Assembly (NCBI GenBank): GCA_963727825.1
Contig: CAVSHO010000008.1
Coordinates: 32,001-96,000 of the forward strand
DNA: 64,000 bases
Direction of reading: 5' to 3'
Source of the DNA: Ignavibacteriota bacterium
Lineage (GTDB): Bacteria; Bacteroidota; Ignavibacteria; UBA10030
Shown here: in pieces, positions 54,428-64,000 of the stretch
How the letters are laid out: each line of letters opens with the position of its first letter
Numbering within the stretch: position 1 is the first letter of the stretch
Translations under genes and position numbers: made by a program
Notes under the pieces: model-generated
What the model was told of the DNA's origin: nothing
Databases searched by the model: none
What the model saw: the letters and a program-made list of their open reading frames with translations, nothing else

Positions 54428-55057
54428 ATGCAGGTTGATGTCTATAAAATAGATGGCACGCTCAGCGGCGAGAAAGTTGAGCTTGATGCGAATATTTTCG
54501 AGATCGAGCCAAATGACCACGCTATCTATCAAGCGGTGCGAAGTATTCAGGCGAATCAGCGTCAGGGCACGCATAAAGTAAAAACACGCAGCGAGGTAAG
54601 CGGCGGTGGCCGGAAACCGTTTAAGCAGAAGAAGACAGGCCGTGCGCGTGCAGGAACAACTCGCTCACCATTATGGGTAGGTGGCGGTTCAATATTTGGA
54701 CCAACGCCGCATGACTATGTGATCAAGCTTACTGTAAAGATGCGCAAGCTTGCACGTAAGTCTGCTCTAAGCTATAAAGCAAAAGATGGAGCTGTCAAAG
54801 TGGTGGAAGATTTTCAGTTTGATGAAGTAAAGACAAAAAAAATGTCAGCAGTACTGAAAGCCCTCTCATTAGATAAACAAAAAACATTATTGTTAACGAA
54901 GACAACAGATGGAACGCTATTAAAATCAGGCCGCAACATTCCGAAGTTGCAGGTGCGTGAAGCGGATAAAGCATCAACATTTGAAATTCTTAAAAATCAG
55001 GTTCTGCTTGTTCAAAAAAGCGCCGTTGATGTTTTACAAAAATCTTTGAAGAATTAG
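54428..55057 (+). CDS. rplD: 50S ribosomal protein L4
   Basis: RQGTH..KTRSEVSGGGRKP..QK.TGRAR. Confidence 0.98.
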   Translation: MQVDVYKIDGTLSGEKVELDANIFEIEPNDHAIYQAVRSIQANQRQGTHKVKTRSEVSGGGRKPFKQKKTGRARAGTTRSPLWVGGGSIFGPTPHDYVIKLTVKMRKLARKSALSYKAKDGAVKVVEDFQFDEVKTKKMSAVLKALSLDKQKTLLLTKTTDGTLLKSGRNIPKLQVREADKASTFEILKNQVLLVQKSAVDVLQKSLKN

Positions 55058-55068
55058 GACAACAGGCA

Positions 55069-55359
55069 ATGGTAGGTATTCTCGTTCGACCAATTATCAC
55101 GGAAAAAATGACGGAGCTCGGCGACAAACGGCAGTATGCATTTGAAGTCCCAACCACCGTGAACAAGATTGAAGTTTGCAAAGCAGTTGAAAAGAAATTC
55201 AATGTGAAGGTGATGAGTGTGCGCACGGTCATCGTCAAAGGAAAGCGGAAAAATCAGATGACAAAGCGCGGTCGTTTTGAAGGACACACAAAGACATGGA
55301 AGAAGGCGATTGTTACGCTAAAAGAAGGCGATAAGATCGATTACTTCGGCAACGTCTGA
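55069..55359 (+). CDS. rplW: 50S ribosomal protein L23
   Basis: PIITEK and WKKAIVTL motifs. Confidence 0.97.
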   Translation: MVGILVRPIITEKMTELGDKRQYAFEVPTTVNKIEVCKAVEKKFNVKVMSVRTVIVKGKRKNQMTKRGRFEGHTKTWKKAIVTLKEGDKIDYFGNV

Positions 55360-55379
55360 TCGTGAAGGTATAAGAGACT

Positions 55380-56213
55380 ATGGCAATTCGAAAATTACGA
55401 CCAATGACTCCTGCGACGAGATTTTATTCTATCTCGGCGTTTAACGAAATAACGAAAAAAGAACCGGAAAAAGCTCTGCTCGAATCAAATAAAAAATCGG
55501 GTGGAAGGAATAATCTTGGACGGATCACTTCGCGTCATCGCGGCGGTGGACATAAACGTCAATATCGAATTATTGATTTCAAACGTGATAAGCATGGAAT
55601 CGTTGGAACAGTTGCTGCAATTGAGTACGACCCGAATCGCGCAGCACGAATTGCACTGATCCAATACCCTGATGGCGAAAAAAGATACATCATTGCAGCG
55701 ATTGGAATGAAAGTCGGTGCAAAAATTGTGTCCGGTCCGCAAGCTGAAATTGAAAATGGCAATGCAATGCCGTTGAAAAATATTCCAGCAGGTACATTTA
55801 TCTATAATGTTGAATTTACCCCCGGTAAGGGTGGTCAAATAGGCCGCAGTGCCGGTAATTCCTTACAAGTAATGGCGAAAGAAGGTGAATTTGTTTCATT
55901 AAAATTGCCTTCGGGAGAAATAAGAAAGTTTCGTGCAGACTGCTATGCGACTATCGGATTAGTTGGTAACGCAGACCATGAGAATATCAGTCTCGGTAAA
56001 GCCGGGAGATCTCGTTGGCTCGGTATTCGTCCGCAATCACGCGGCATGGCAATGAATCCTGTGGATCATCCAATGGGCGGTGGCGAAGGTCGTTCGAAGA
56101 GTGGTGGTGGATATCAACACCCGGAATCGCCTTGGGGCAAGTATGCCAAGGGATTGAAAACGCGCAAGCGGAAAAATCAATCAAATAAATACATTGTTAA
56201 ACGTCGTAAGTAA
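55380..56213 (+). CDS. rplB: 50S ribosomal protein L2
   Basis: IEYDPNR and [14 protein letters not shown] motifs. Confidence 0.99.
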   Translation: MAIRKLRPMTPATRFYSISAFNEITKKEPEKALLESNKKSGGRNNLGRITSRHRGGGHKRQYRIIDFKRDKHGIVGTVAAIEYDPNRAARIALIQYPDGEKRYIIAAIGMKVGAKIVSGPQAEIENGNAMPLKNIPAGTFIYNVEFTPGKGGQIGRSAGNSLQVMAKEGEFVSLKLPSGEIRKFRADCYATIGLVGNADHENISLGKAGRSRWLGIRPQSRGMAMNPVDHPMGGGEGRSKSGGGYQHPESPWGKYAKGLKTRKRKNQSNKYIVKRRK

Positions 56214-56226
56214 TAGGTAAGTACCT

Positions 56227-56514
56227 ATGAGTCGTTCGATTAAAAAAGGTCCATACGTTGACCTCAAGCTGCAAGGCAAAATAGAAGAGCTCAACAAATC
56301 AAACCAGAAGCGTGTCGTAAAAACCTGGTCGCGTTCGAGCACAATCATTCCCGAGTTTGTCGGGCATACTTTTGCGGTACACAACGGAAATAAATTTATA
56401 CCAGTGTATATTCACGAAGCGATGGTTGGGCACAAGCTCGGTGAGTTTGCACCAACTCGCGTTTTTCGCGGACATCCCGGTTTGAAGAGCGAAAAGTCAA
56501 CATCACCAGCATAA
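56227..56514 (+). CDS. rpsS: 30S ribosomal protein S19
   Basis: KTWSR and [11 protein letters not shown] motifs. Confidence 0.99.
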   Translation: MSRSIKKGPYVDLKLQGKIEELNKSNQKRVVKTWSRSSTIIPEFVGHTFAVHNGNKFIPVYIHEAMVGHKLGEFAPTRVFRGHPGLKSEKSTSPA

Positions 56515-56537
56515 GAACTGACTGTTAAGAGTGAGAC

Positions 56538-56987
56538 ATGGAAGCGAAAGCAATAAATAGATATATCGGAACATCACCTCGCAAAATGCGGCTGGTCATT
56601 GATCTGATTCGCGGCAAAGGGGTCGAAGAAGCATTGAGCATTCTTCACTTCACAACGAAAGCCGCATCGAAAACAGCAGAACAGGTTCTTCGTTCAGCAA
56701 TCTCCAATGTGCAGAATAAAGAAGAGAGCGGACGTGTGGACACAGCAACCTTGTATATCAAAGAAGCGTTTGTCAATGGCGGTGCAATGGCGAAGCGAGT
56801 ACTGCCTGCGCCAATGGGACGCGCATTCCGCATACGTAAACGTTCAAATCATATTACTATTATCGTGGCACAGCGTGAACAAGCAAAGGCGATAGCACCA
56901 AAAGCCAAAGCTTCGACCGGTGTGAAGAAAACCGATGCAAAGAAATCGGAACCAGCAACAGCAACAAAAGAAGTAACCGAAAGTTAA
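56538..56987 (+). CDS. rplV: 50S ribosomal protein L22 with a Lys/Ala-rich C-terminal tail
   Basis: SPRKMRLV.DLIRG and GRAFRIRKR.NH motifs. Confidence 0.97.
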   Translation: MEAKAINRYIGTSPRKMRLVIDLIRGKGVEEALSILHFTTKAASKTAEQVLRSAISNVQNKEESGRVDTATLYIKEAFVNGGAMAKRVLPAPMGRAFRIRKRSNHITIIVAQREQAKAIAPKAKASTGVKKTDAKKSEPATATKEVTES

Positions 56988-56999
56988 TCGGAGGATCAC

Positions 57000-57635
57000 T
57001 TGGGTCAAAAAACACATCCAGTTGGATTTCGTCTTGGAATCGTTCGTGCGTGGGATGCAAATTGGTACGACGATAAAAGTTTTTCTAACAAATTGCAGGA
57101 AGATGCGCTTGTACGGAATTATGTCCACAACCGATTAAAGAAAGCTGGAATCGCACGAGTTCAAATAGATAGAACACCGAAGCGCGCAGTGGTCACCATT
57201 CACACTTCGCGGCCCGGGATTGTGATTGGGAAAAGCGGAAAAGAAATCGCTCAACTCGAAGAAGAGCTAAAAAAAGTAACATCGAAAGAAATTAAAATTC
57301 TTATTCATGAAATAAAACGTCCGGAATTGGATGCCTTCCTTGTAGCAGAGGCGATTGCCGGTCAGCTCGAGGGACGAATTTCGTTCCGTCGCGCTATGAA
57401 ACAATCGATTACTGCTGCAATGCGCATGGGCGCTGAAGGAATTAAAGTGATGTGTGCGGGACGTCTTGGCGGCGCCGAAATTGCGCGCACAGAACATTAT
57501 AAAGATGGGCGTATTCCTTTACAGACGCTTCGGGCAGACATTGATTATGCGGGCGCAACCGCGCACACTATTTACGGAGCCATTGGTGTAAAAGTCTGGA
57601 TCTGTAAAGGTGAAATTATTGGACCGCGGCAATAA
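57000..57635 (+). CDS. rpsC: 30S ribosomal protein S3
   Basis: [13 protein letters not shown] and [14 protein letters not shown] motifs. Confidence 0.99.
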   Translation: MGQKTHPVGFRLGIVRAWDANWYDDKSFSNKLQEDALVRNYVHNRLKKAGIARVQIDRTPKRAVVTIHTSRPGIVIGKSGKEIAQLEEELKKVTSKEIKILIHEIKRPELDAFLVAEAIAGQLEGRISFRRAMKQSITAAMRMGAEGIKVMCAGRLGGAEIARTEHYKDGRIPLQTLRADIDYAGATAHTIYGAIGVKVWICKGEIIGPRQ

Positions 57636-57648
57636 GGAGTGTTGATTT

Positions 57649-58086
57649 ATGTTAATGCCAAAAAGAGTAAAGTATAGAAAAGCCCAACGTGGACGCATGA
57701 AGGGCAAGGCGACACGCGGTGCAACAATTGCTTTTGGAGATTTTGGATTAAAGGCAATGGAACCAGGGTGGGTTACGCAAAGACAGATTGAAGCGTCACG
57801 CGTTGCGTTGACTCGAATGATGAAACGCGAAGGTAAAGTATGGATTAGAATTTTTCCAGATAAACCAGTAACGAAGAAACCAGCAGAAACTCGTATGGGA
57901 AGCGGAAAGGGTTCGCCAGAATTTTGGGTAGCAGTGATTAAGCCCGGCCGCGTTCTGTTTGAATTGGGTGGTGTTAATCGTGCGGCAGCGGCAGAAGCAT
58001 TAAAGCTTGCAGCACACAAACTTGCAATCAAAACAAGGTTTGTCACCCGTATCGATTATCAAGGTGCGCAAGAGGCGAAGCAATGA
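57649..58086 (+). CDS. rplP: 50S ribosomal protein L16
   Basis: RIFPDKP and ETRMGSGKG motifs. Confidence 0.99.
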   Translation: MLMPKRVKYRKAQRGRMKGKATRGATIAFGDFGLKAMEPGWVTQRQIEASRVALTRMMKREGKVWIRIFPDKPVTKKPAETRMGSGKGSPEFWVAVIKPGRVLFELGGVNRAAAAEALKLAAHKLAIKTRFVTRIDYQGAQEAKQ

Positions 58087-58334
58087 AGGCACATGATTTG
58101 CGACAACTCTCGGATGCAGAACTGCTGAAGAGAATTCAAGAAGAAGAAGAGAATTTATCCCATCTGAAATTTCAGAAGGTCATTGGTCAATTGGAAAATC
58201 CGATGAAGTTAGGGCATGTTCGAAAAGGAATTGCGCGAATCAAAACGATTCTCCGCGATCGACAATTGAATCCGTCAACCGAAAAAACTGCACAAGTGAC
58301 ACCTGGCGACAGGCAAGTTGAGCAGCCAAAGTAA
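58083..58334 (+). CDS. rpmC: 50S ribosomal protein L29
   Basis: [19 protein letters not shown]; synteny. Confidence 0.96.
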   Translation: MKAHDLRQLSDAELLKRIQEEEENLSHLKFQKVIGQLENPMKLGHVRKGIARIKTILRDRQLNPSTEKTAQVTPGDRQVEQPK

Positions 58335-58343
58335 TGTGAGATA

Positions 58344-58625
58344 ATGATGACAGAAATTCCAAAAGAAATTCAGACGCGCGCACGGCGTAAAGTTCGAATC
58401 GGTAAAGTAGTTAGCAACAAAATGTCGAAAAGTATTATTGTTGCGGTAGAGCGTCAGGTCGCACATGCATTATATAAGAAATATTTCCGTCGTACAACAA
58501 AGTTGATGGCGCATGACGAAAAACAAGAAGCTGGTATTGGTGATACTGTGAAGATTATGGAAACTCGACCGATGAGTGCACGCAAGCGCTGGCGGTTAGT
58601 AGAAATCATTGAAAAGGCGAAATAG
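58344..58625 (+). CDS. rpsQ: 30S ribosomal protein S17
   Basis: [12 protein letters not shown] and ETRPMS.RKRW motifs. Confidence 0.98.
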   Translation: MMTEIPKEIQTRARRKVRIGKVVSNKMSKSIIVAVERQVAHALYKKYFRRTTKLMAHDEKQEAGIGDTVKIMETRPMSARKRWRLVEIIEKAK

Positions 58626-58650
58626 GTTATTTTCAGAGTAGGCGAAGACG

Positions 58651-59019
58651 ATGATCCAGGAAGAAACAAATTTAGTGGTTGCTGATAATTCGGGTGCGAA
58701 GCGAGTGCAGTGTATTCGTGTCCTTGGAGGTCACGATAGGCGCTACGCTGGCGTTGGCGATCTTATTGTTGTATCCGTGAAGAGCGCTATTCCGGGCGCT
58801 CCGGTAAAGAAGGGTGAAGTCTCGCGTGCTGTGGTTGTGCGGACAAAGAAAGAAATTCGCCGGAAGGATGGTTCGTACATCCGGTTCGATGAAAATGCCG
58901 CGGTGTTGCTCAATGCCCAGGGTGAGCCGCGTGGAACACGTATTTTCGGTCCTGTGGCGAGAGAATTACGTGAACGTCAATTTATGAAAATCATTTCCCT
59001 TGCACCTGAGGTGCTCTAA
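58651..59019 (+). CDS. rplN: 50S ribosomal protein L14
   Basis: VADNSGA and [13 protein letters not shown] motifs. Confidence 0.99.
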   Translation: MIQEETNLVVADNSGAKRVQCIRVLGGHDRRYAGVGDLIVVSVKSAIPGAPVKKGEVSRAVVVRTKKEIRRKDGSYIRFDENAAVLLNAQGEPRGTRIFGPVARELRERQFMKIISLAPEVL

Positions 59020-59023
59020 AATT

Positions 59024-59359
59024 ATGGCGCAGAATTTACATGTACATAAAAATGATACAGCTTTGGTCGTCTCGGGCGAGTTCCGAAAAAAACAAGGCAA
59101 AGTGTTAAAAGTGTTTCCCGATACTCAGCGAGTGATTATCGAGAACGTCAACATTATTAAGAGAGCTACGCGTCCTTCACAAAAGAATCCGCAAGGCGGG
59201 GTTGTTCAAAAAGAAGGAGGCATCCGAGCTTCTAACGTAATGGTGATTTGTCCGAAGTGTGCTAAACCGACTCGCGTAGGACACACGCATGTAAAAGATG
59301 CTACGAGCGGTAAAAAGAAGACAATGAGAACCTGCAAACATTGTAAAGAGATGTTCTAA
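59024..59359 (+). CDS. rplX: 50S ribosomal protein L24 with a C-terminal zinc ribbon
   Basis: KOW motif; QGGVVQKE; CPKC..CKHC. Confidence 0.96.
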   Translation: MAQNLHVHKNDTALVVSGEFRKKQGKVLKVFPDTQRVIIENVNIIKRATRPSQKNPQGGVVQKEGGIRASNVMVICPKCAKPTRVGHTHVKDATSGKKKTMRTCKHCKEMF

Positions 59360-59370
59360 GAAAGCAATCC

Positions 59371-60108
59371 ATGGCGAACGAAAAAGTTCCTAATAAAGAA
59401 AAAGTAGAAAAGACGGTGCCTGCAGCAAAAAGCAAAGGTGAGAAAACGGCGCCAGCGGCTAAAAGTAAAGGTGAGAAGCCTGGACCGGATTCAAAAAGTA
59501 AAAAAGCTGCTGATGGGCAGGAAAAAGGTGTAGCTGCACGTTTGTTCGAGCGGTATCAAAAGGAATCTGTTCCAGCACTGATGAAAAAATTCCAGTTTAA
59601 AAGTAAAATGCAAGTGCCGCGGCTGGAAAAGATCGCGATTAATATTGGAGTTGGACAAGCGACACAGGATCCAAAGCTGCTTGATGCAGCTGTTCATGAG
59701 TTAGAATCTATTACAGGGCAAAAAGTCGCCATCACAAAATCTAAAAAAGCAATTTCCAATTTCAAACTACGAGAAAATCTTCCAATCGGGTGCCGTGTAA
59801 CATTGCGCCGTGCTAAAATGTACGAATTCTTAGATCGGTTTATTAGTGTTGCATTGCCTCGCGTTCGTGATTTTCGTGGTGTATCAGACACTTCTTTCGA
59901 CGGTCATGGAAATTATACTATAGGAATAAAAGAGCAAATTATTTTTCCGGAAATTGATGTAGACAAAGTGACACGCGTTAGCGGTATGGATATTACCTTC
60001 GTCACCACAGCCAAGAATGACGTTGAGGCCTATGAATTACTAAAAGAGCTTGGCATGCCGTTTATAAAGCGGCAAGAAATTGTTCAACCAGAAGCCCAGA
60101 ATAAGTAA
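59371..60108 (+). CDS. rplE: 50S ribosomal protein L5 with a long Lys-rich N-terminal extension
   Basis: [16 protein letters not shown] and [11 protein letters not shown] motifs. Confidence 0.97.
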   Translation: MANEKVPNKEKVEKTVPAAKSKGEKTAPAAKSKGEKPGPDSKSKKAADGQEKGVAARLFERYQKESVPALMKKFQFKSKMQVPRLEKIAINIGVGQATQDPKLLDAAVHELESITGQKVAITKSKKAISNFKLRENLPIGCRVTLRRAKMYEFLDRFISVALPRVRDFRGVSDTSFDGHGNYTIGIKEQIIFPEIDVDKVTRVSGMDITFVTTAKNDVEAYELLKELGMPFIKRQEIVQPEAQNK

Positions 60109-60118
60109 AGGAGTTCGC

Positions 60119-60304
60119 TTGGCACGCTTAGCAATGCGAGTAAAGGCGAAGAGAACGCCAAAACATAAAGTTTCACAGCACAACCGTTGCAACATCTGTG
60201 GCCGTCCGCGCAGTTATTATCGCAAGTTCGGTCTCTGCCGTATCTGTTTTCGTAAGCTCGCGCTAGAAGGCAAGATTCCTGGTGTTCGCAAGGCAAGTTG
60301 GTAA
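60119..60304 (+). CDS. rpsN: 30S ribosomal protein S14, Zn-binding type Z
   Basis: [23 protein letters not shown]; TTG start after AAGGAG. Confidence 0.97.
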   Translation: MARLAMRVKAKRTPKHKVSQHNRCNICGRPRSYYRKFGLCRICFRKLALEGKIPGVRKASW

Positions 60305-60329
60305 AACTATAATATAGAGAGTTGAATCG

Positions 60330-60725
60330 ATGTCGAAGACTGATCCAATTGCTGATTATTTAACAAGAATTCGCAACGCAGCAAAAGCGAAACATCGCAG
60401 GGTGGATATTCCATCTTCCAATATGAAGAAAGCGATTTCTAAAATTCTTCTTGAAAAGAATTTTATTGCGGGGTTTACAGTGCTTGAAGACAAAAAGCAG
60501 AATATCCTGCGGATTAATCTGAAGTACTATAATGAAAAACCAGTCATTACCGGATTGCGCCGAATAAGTAAGCCAGGTATTCGATTGTACCGGGGTTCTA
60601 ATGAATTGCCGCGTGTACTTGGTGGTTTAGGTGTTGCCATAATTTCGACCTCTAAAGGTGTAATGACGGATGCACAGGCGAAAAAAGACAATGTTGGCGG
60701 CGAAATTCTCGCCTATATCTGGTAA
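60330..60725 (+). CDS. rpsH: 30S ribosomal protein S8
   Basis: [13 protein letters not shown] and STSKGVMTD motifs. Confidence 0.99.
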   Translation: MSKTDPIADYLTRIRNAAKAKHRRVDIPSSNMKKAISKILLEKNFIAGFTVLEDKKQNILRINLKYYNEKPVITGLRRISKPGIRLYRGSNELPRVLGGLGVAIISTSKGVMTDAQAKKDNVGGEILAYIW

Positions 60726-60748
60726 GTGTTTGAAGAGGAGATAGTATA

Positions 60749-61297
60749 GTGTCACGTATCGGTAGAAAACCAATTGAAATCCCTAAGGGTGTAACAGTTT
60801 CGGTGAAGAGCGATATTGTTACTGTGAAAGGACCTAAGGGTGAGTTAGTTGAAAAAGTGCATCCAGATATCAGCGTCGAGATGAAAGATCAGCAGATACT
60901 AATTACGCGCAAATCGGATGAAGGCAAATATCGAGCATTGCACGGGTTATGGCGCGCACTCATTCAAAATATGATTACTGGCGTAACTCTCGGGTATTCA
61001 AAAAAATTAGAAATAATTGGCGTCGGTTACCGTGCAGAGATGAAGGGAACACGATTGAATCTTCTTCTTGGTTACAGTCATCCAATACTATTTGCGGCAC
61101 CAGATAGTATTAAAATTGAAGCGCCGACGCAGACAAGCATCATTATAAGTGGTGCGCATAAACAGCTTGTTGGATTAGTTGCCGCAAAGATACGGTCATT
61201 CCGTCCACCTGAGCCATACAAAGGCAAGGGCGTCAAGTACGAAGGCGAGTATGTCCGTCGCAAAGCTGGTAAAGCCGCTGCTACGGCTGCAAAGTAA
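60749..61297 (+). CDS. rplF: 50S ribosomal protein L6
   Basis: MSRIG and RPPEPYKGKG motifs. Confidence 0.99.
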   Translation: MSRIGRKPIEIPKGVTVSVKSDIVTVKGPKGELVEKVHPDISVEMKDQQILITRKSDEGKYRALHGLWRALIQNMITGVTLGYSKKLEIIGVGYRAEMKGTRLNLLLGYSHPILFAAPDSIKIEAPTQTSIIISGAHKQLVGLVAAKIRSFRPPEPYKGKGVKYEGEYVRRKAGKAAATAAK

Positions 61298-61329
61298 TAA
61301 AGAGATTTTGAAGCAAGGAAAAACAGCTT

Positions 61330-61698
61330 ATGATTCGAAAAAATACTGTGGAACGCCTCGCCAAAAAACAGGCACGTATCCGCAAGAAAATTAAAGGCAC
61401 ATCGGGACGTCCTCGATTAGTGGTTTTCCGAAGTGCTAAAAATGCTTATGCGCAAATCATCGATGACTCAACTGGTAAAACGTTGTTGTCTGTATCGACC
61501 TTATCGAAGGATTTACGTGAAAGTGTTAAGCAAGCGAAGACTCCGATTGAGCGCTATAAACTTATCGGCGTGGCAGCCGCAAAAAAAGCGCTTGAAAAGA
61601 ATATTAAAGAAGTAGTCTTTGATCGCAGCGGTTATCTGTATCATGGCCGCGTCAAAGCACTCGCGGATGGTGCTCGCGAAGGTGGACTTAAATTCTAA
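61330..61698 (+). CDS. rplR: 50S ribosomal protein L18
   Basis: RPRLVVFRS and [16 protein letters not shown] motifs. Confidence 0.99.
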   Translation: MIRKNTVERLAKKQARIRKKIKGTSGRPRLVVFRSAKNAYAQIIDDSTGKTLLSVSTLSKDLRESVKQAKTPIERYKLIGVAAAKKALEKNIKEVVFDRSGYLYHGRVKALADGAREGGLKF

Positions 61699-61721
61699 CT
61701 CCTAATACTCGTACGAAAAAC

Positions 61722-62222
61722 ATGGCAAAAGTCAAAGCAGGCGAACTCGAACTTAAAGAACGATTGGTGAGCGTTAACCGTGTGGCCAAAGTGGTCAAAG
61801 GTGGACGTCGCTTTAGCTTCAATGCAATCGTTGTCGTAGGTGATGGCAATGGACATATCGGTATCGGACTAGGCAAGGCAAATGAAGTGCAAGACGCAAT
61901 TGCGAAGGGAACAGACGATGCGAAGAAAAGCCTCATTTTTGTCCCTATCTTCAAAGGAACTATTCCGCATTCTGTCATTGGAAAATTTGGAGCGGGAAAA
62001 GTAATGCTGAAACCGGCATCTCCTGGAACGGGTCTTATTGCGGGCGGCGGTGTACGTGCTGTGCTGGAAATGGCGGGCGTGAAAGATGTGCTCACAAAGC
62101 AAATGGGTTCACCCAATTCTCATAACGTTGTTAAAGCAACTATGCAGGCACTTTTGAATCTTTCAGATGCCAAAATGATTGCAGCGCGTCGAGGAATCAC
62201 AATTCAGGAACTGTTTCAATAA
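61722..62222 (+). CDS. rpsE: 30S ribosomal protein S5
   Basis: [14 protein letters not shown] and [12 protein letters not shown] motifs. Confidence 0.99.
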   Translation: MAKVKAGELELKERLVSVNRVAKVVKGGRRFSFNAIVVVGDGNGHIGIGLGKANEVQDAIAKGTDDAKKSLIFVPIFKGTIPHSVIGKFGAGKVMLKPASPGTGLIAGGGVRAVLEMAGVKDVLTKQMGSPNSHNVVKATMQALLNLSDAKMIAARRGITIQELFQ

Positions 62223-62239
62223 ACTTAGTAAGAACTCTT

Positions 62240-62431
62240 ATGTCGGAACTGAAGAAAATTAAAATCACACAGGTCAAAAGTATTGTTGACCACCTTGAGG
62301 ATGCCAAGCTTACGATTAAAGCACTTGGACTTGGTAGGCCGAATTATTTTGTTGTTAAAAACGACACGCCGCAAATTCGCGGAATGATCAACAGGGTTCG
62401 GCATCTCGTTAGAGTGGAAGAGGTGCAGTAA
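62240..62431 (+). CDS. rpmD: 50S ribosomal protein L30
   Basis: KITQVKS..LGL..DTPQIRGMI..V.HLV. Confidence 0.96.
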   Translation: MSELKKIKITQVKSIVDHLEDAKLTIKALGLGRPNYFVVKNDTPQIRGMINRVRHLVRVEEVQ

Positions 62432-62916
62432 TGGCGAAAGATATTCTCAGCAATTTAACACCGGCAAAAGGTTCGCGAAGAAAAACAAAACGAATTGGCC
62501 GTGGACAAGGTTCAGGACATGGCGGAACGGCAACTAAAGGACACAAAGGCGCCAGGGCGCGTTCAGGGCACAAGTTTAAAATGTGGTTTGAAGGTGGACA
62601 GATGCCGCTTACACGTCGTGTGCCGAAATTCGGTTTCACGCCTCACAATCGTTCTGAAATGCAAATTGTGAATGTTGAAACCCTTGGAATATTAGCTGAG
62701 AAGAAAAAGTTAGATGGTGGTGTAGTGACACCAGAGGTTCTATATAAAACTGGAGCTATAGCAAAGAAGAATGTAGCTGTGAAAATTCTTGGCGATGGCG
62801 ATCTGAAAGTTAAATTAGAAGTTACAGCACATGCTTTTAGTAAATCGGCACTTACGAAGATCGAAGCGGCTGGAGGGAAAGCCACAATTCTTACTATTAA
62901 GACTGTGAAATCATGA
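62431..62916 (+). CDS. rplO: 50S ribosomal protein L15
   Basis: RIGRGQGSG and FEGGQMPL.RR.PKFGF motifs. Confidence 0.98.
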   Translation: MAKDILSNLTPAKGSRRKTKRIGRGQGSGHGGTATKGHKGARARSGHKFKMWFEGGQMPLTRRVPKFGFTPHNRSEMQIVNVETLGILAEKKKLDGGVVTPEVLYKTGAIAKKNVAVKILGDGDLKVKLEVTAHAFSKSALTKIEAAGGKATILTIKTVKS

Positions 62917-64000
62917 GTAAGCTGACTGAAACCTTTACGAATATTTTTAAAATCCAGGAGCTACGCGAGAGACTGCTCTTTACGACGCTGCTATTGGTTA
63001 TTGTCCGCATTGGTTCACATATTACTGTCCCAGGTGTAGATGCTGTTTTATTAGCGGACAGTCTCAAAAAATCATCCGAGAATAATCTTTTCGGATTATT
63101 CGATCTATTTGTTGGCGGTGCGTTTAGCCATGCTGCGATTTTTGCACTTGGTATTATGCCGTACATCAGCTCATCTATTGTTATACAGCTTCTCGGCGCC
63201 GTGGTACCTTATTTTGCCAAACTTCAAAAGGAAGGCGAAGAAGGGCGTAAAAAAATTACGCAATACACACGTTATGGGACAGTTGCTATTTCATTAATGC
63301 AGGCAACAGGTGTTGTAGCGAAACTAATGGCAACTTCACAAGGTGGAGTTCCTATTGTTCCGGAAGGTGTTCGCGGAATTGGTTTTTATCTAAGCACTAC
63401 GATTATTCTTACTACAGGTACTATGTTTATGATGTGGCTGGGTGAGCAAATCACCGAGCGCGGTATTGGTAACGGAATTTCCCTTATAATCTTTATTGGT
63501 ATCGTAGCACGGTTTCCGAATGCCGTTCTATCTGAATTTCAACTTGTGCAGGGCGGAACTCGCAATTTGATTATAGAATTAGTCATCTTGGTGTTAATGG
63601 GTTTCATCGTTGCAGGTGTGGTTTTAATTACACAAGGTACGCGGCGTATTCCTGTACAATATGCCAAACGAGTTGTAGGGAGAAAAGTTTATGGTGGCGT
63701 GACACAATATATTCCTTTGCGCGTCAATACCGCCGGCGTAATGCCGATCATCTTTGCTCAATCAATAATGTTTATTCCACAAATTATTTTTTCGTTCTTT
63801 CCAAACAGCGAGTTCATAAACGAATTGTCGACAAATTGGTTTGGTTATAGTTCTTGGTCATACTCGGTAGTGTACGCCCTGATGATCATTTTCTTCACTT
63901 ATTTTTATACTGCAATCGCCTTTAATCCAAAGGATGTGGCAGATAACATGAAAAAGCAGGGCGGATTTATTCCAGGTATTCGCCCGGGCACCCATACATC
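62913..64000 (+). CDS. secY: Preprotein translocase SecY (partial, runs off the window)
   Basis: MSKLTETF..IFALGIMPYISSSI..WLGEQITERGIGNGIS..GVMPIIFA..GGFIPGIRPG. Confidence 0.98.
   Translation, partial: MSKLTETFTNIFKIQELRERLLFTTLLLVIVRIGSHITVPGVDAVLLADSLKKSSENNLFGLFDLFVGGAFSHAAIFALGIMPYISSSIVIQLLGAVVPYFAKLQKEGEEGRKKITQYTRYGTVAISLMQATGVVAKLMATSQGGVPIVPEGVRGIGFYLSTTIILTTGTMFMMWLGEQITERGIGNGISLIIFIGIVARFPNAVLSEFQLVQGGTRNLIIELVILVLMGFIVAGVVLITQGTRRIPVQYAKRVVGRKVYGGVTQYIPLRVNTAGVMPIIFAQSIMFIPQIIFSFFPNSEFINELSTNWFGYSSWSYSVVYALMIIFFTYFYTAIAFNPKDVADNMKKQGGFIPGIRPGTHT

Noticed and set aside
41238-63297. Numerous 60-175 aa antisense or alternate-frame ORFs in the rpo and ribosomal protein genes
   Set aside because: Shadow ORFs of conserved genes, with no independent motifs.

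Overview
Bacterial chromosomal DNA, most consistent with the FCB superphylum and probably Ignavibacteria-like. Support: RpoB motif [10 protein letters not shown], a bS22-type small ribosomal protein, and SD-led genes with TTGAC/TATATT promoters, unlike Bacteroidia. 1-25 kb is mostly housekeeping: metH 3' end, gpmA, ferredoxin, queG, trxB, sppA, HU, bS22, EF-G2, uvrA, RlmI-type methyltransferase, CCA-type nucleotidyltransferase and a TolC-MacA-TPR-MacB-type ABC operon. 25-36 kb is an accessory, repeat-rich patch: an inactivated RAYT (HUH/Y1) transposase, REP/REPIN clusters, two copies of a MITE-like element, a TlpA lipoprotein, a DUF1573-rhodanese-MauE/DoxX cassette, a split PaaH-like pair and a DUF2723 glycosyltransferase. 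36.5-64 kb holds tRNA-Thr-Tyr-Gly-Thr, rpmG, tRNA-Trp, secE-nusG-rplKAJL-rpoBC and the str, S10 and spc operons up to a partial secY. Single-base indels in secE, tuf, tRNA-Gly, a HAD gene and TlpA look like assembly errors. The most unusual signal is a set of very short palindromes (CCGCCA..TGGCGG, TCCCG..CGGGA, GGTAGGCAGG) found inside other hairpins, namely REP arms, MITE copies and the T-arms of duplicated tRNA 3' halves. All assignments come from manual motif recognition; no database searches were run.
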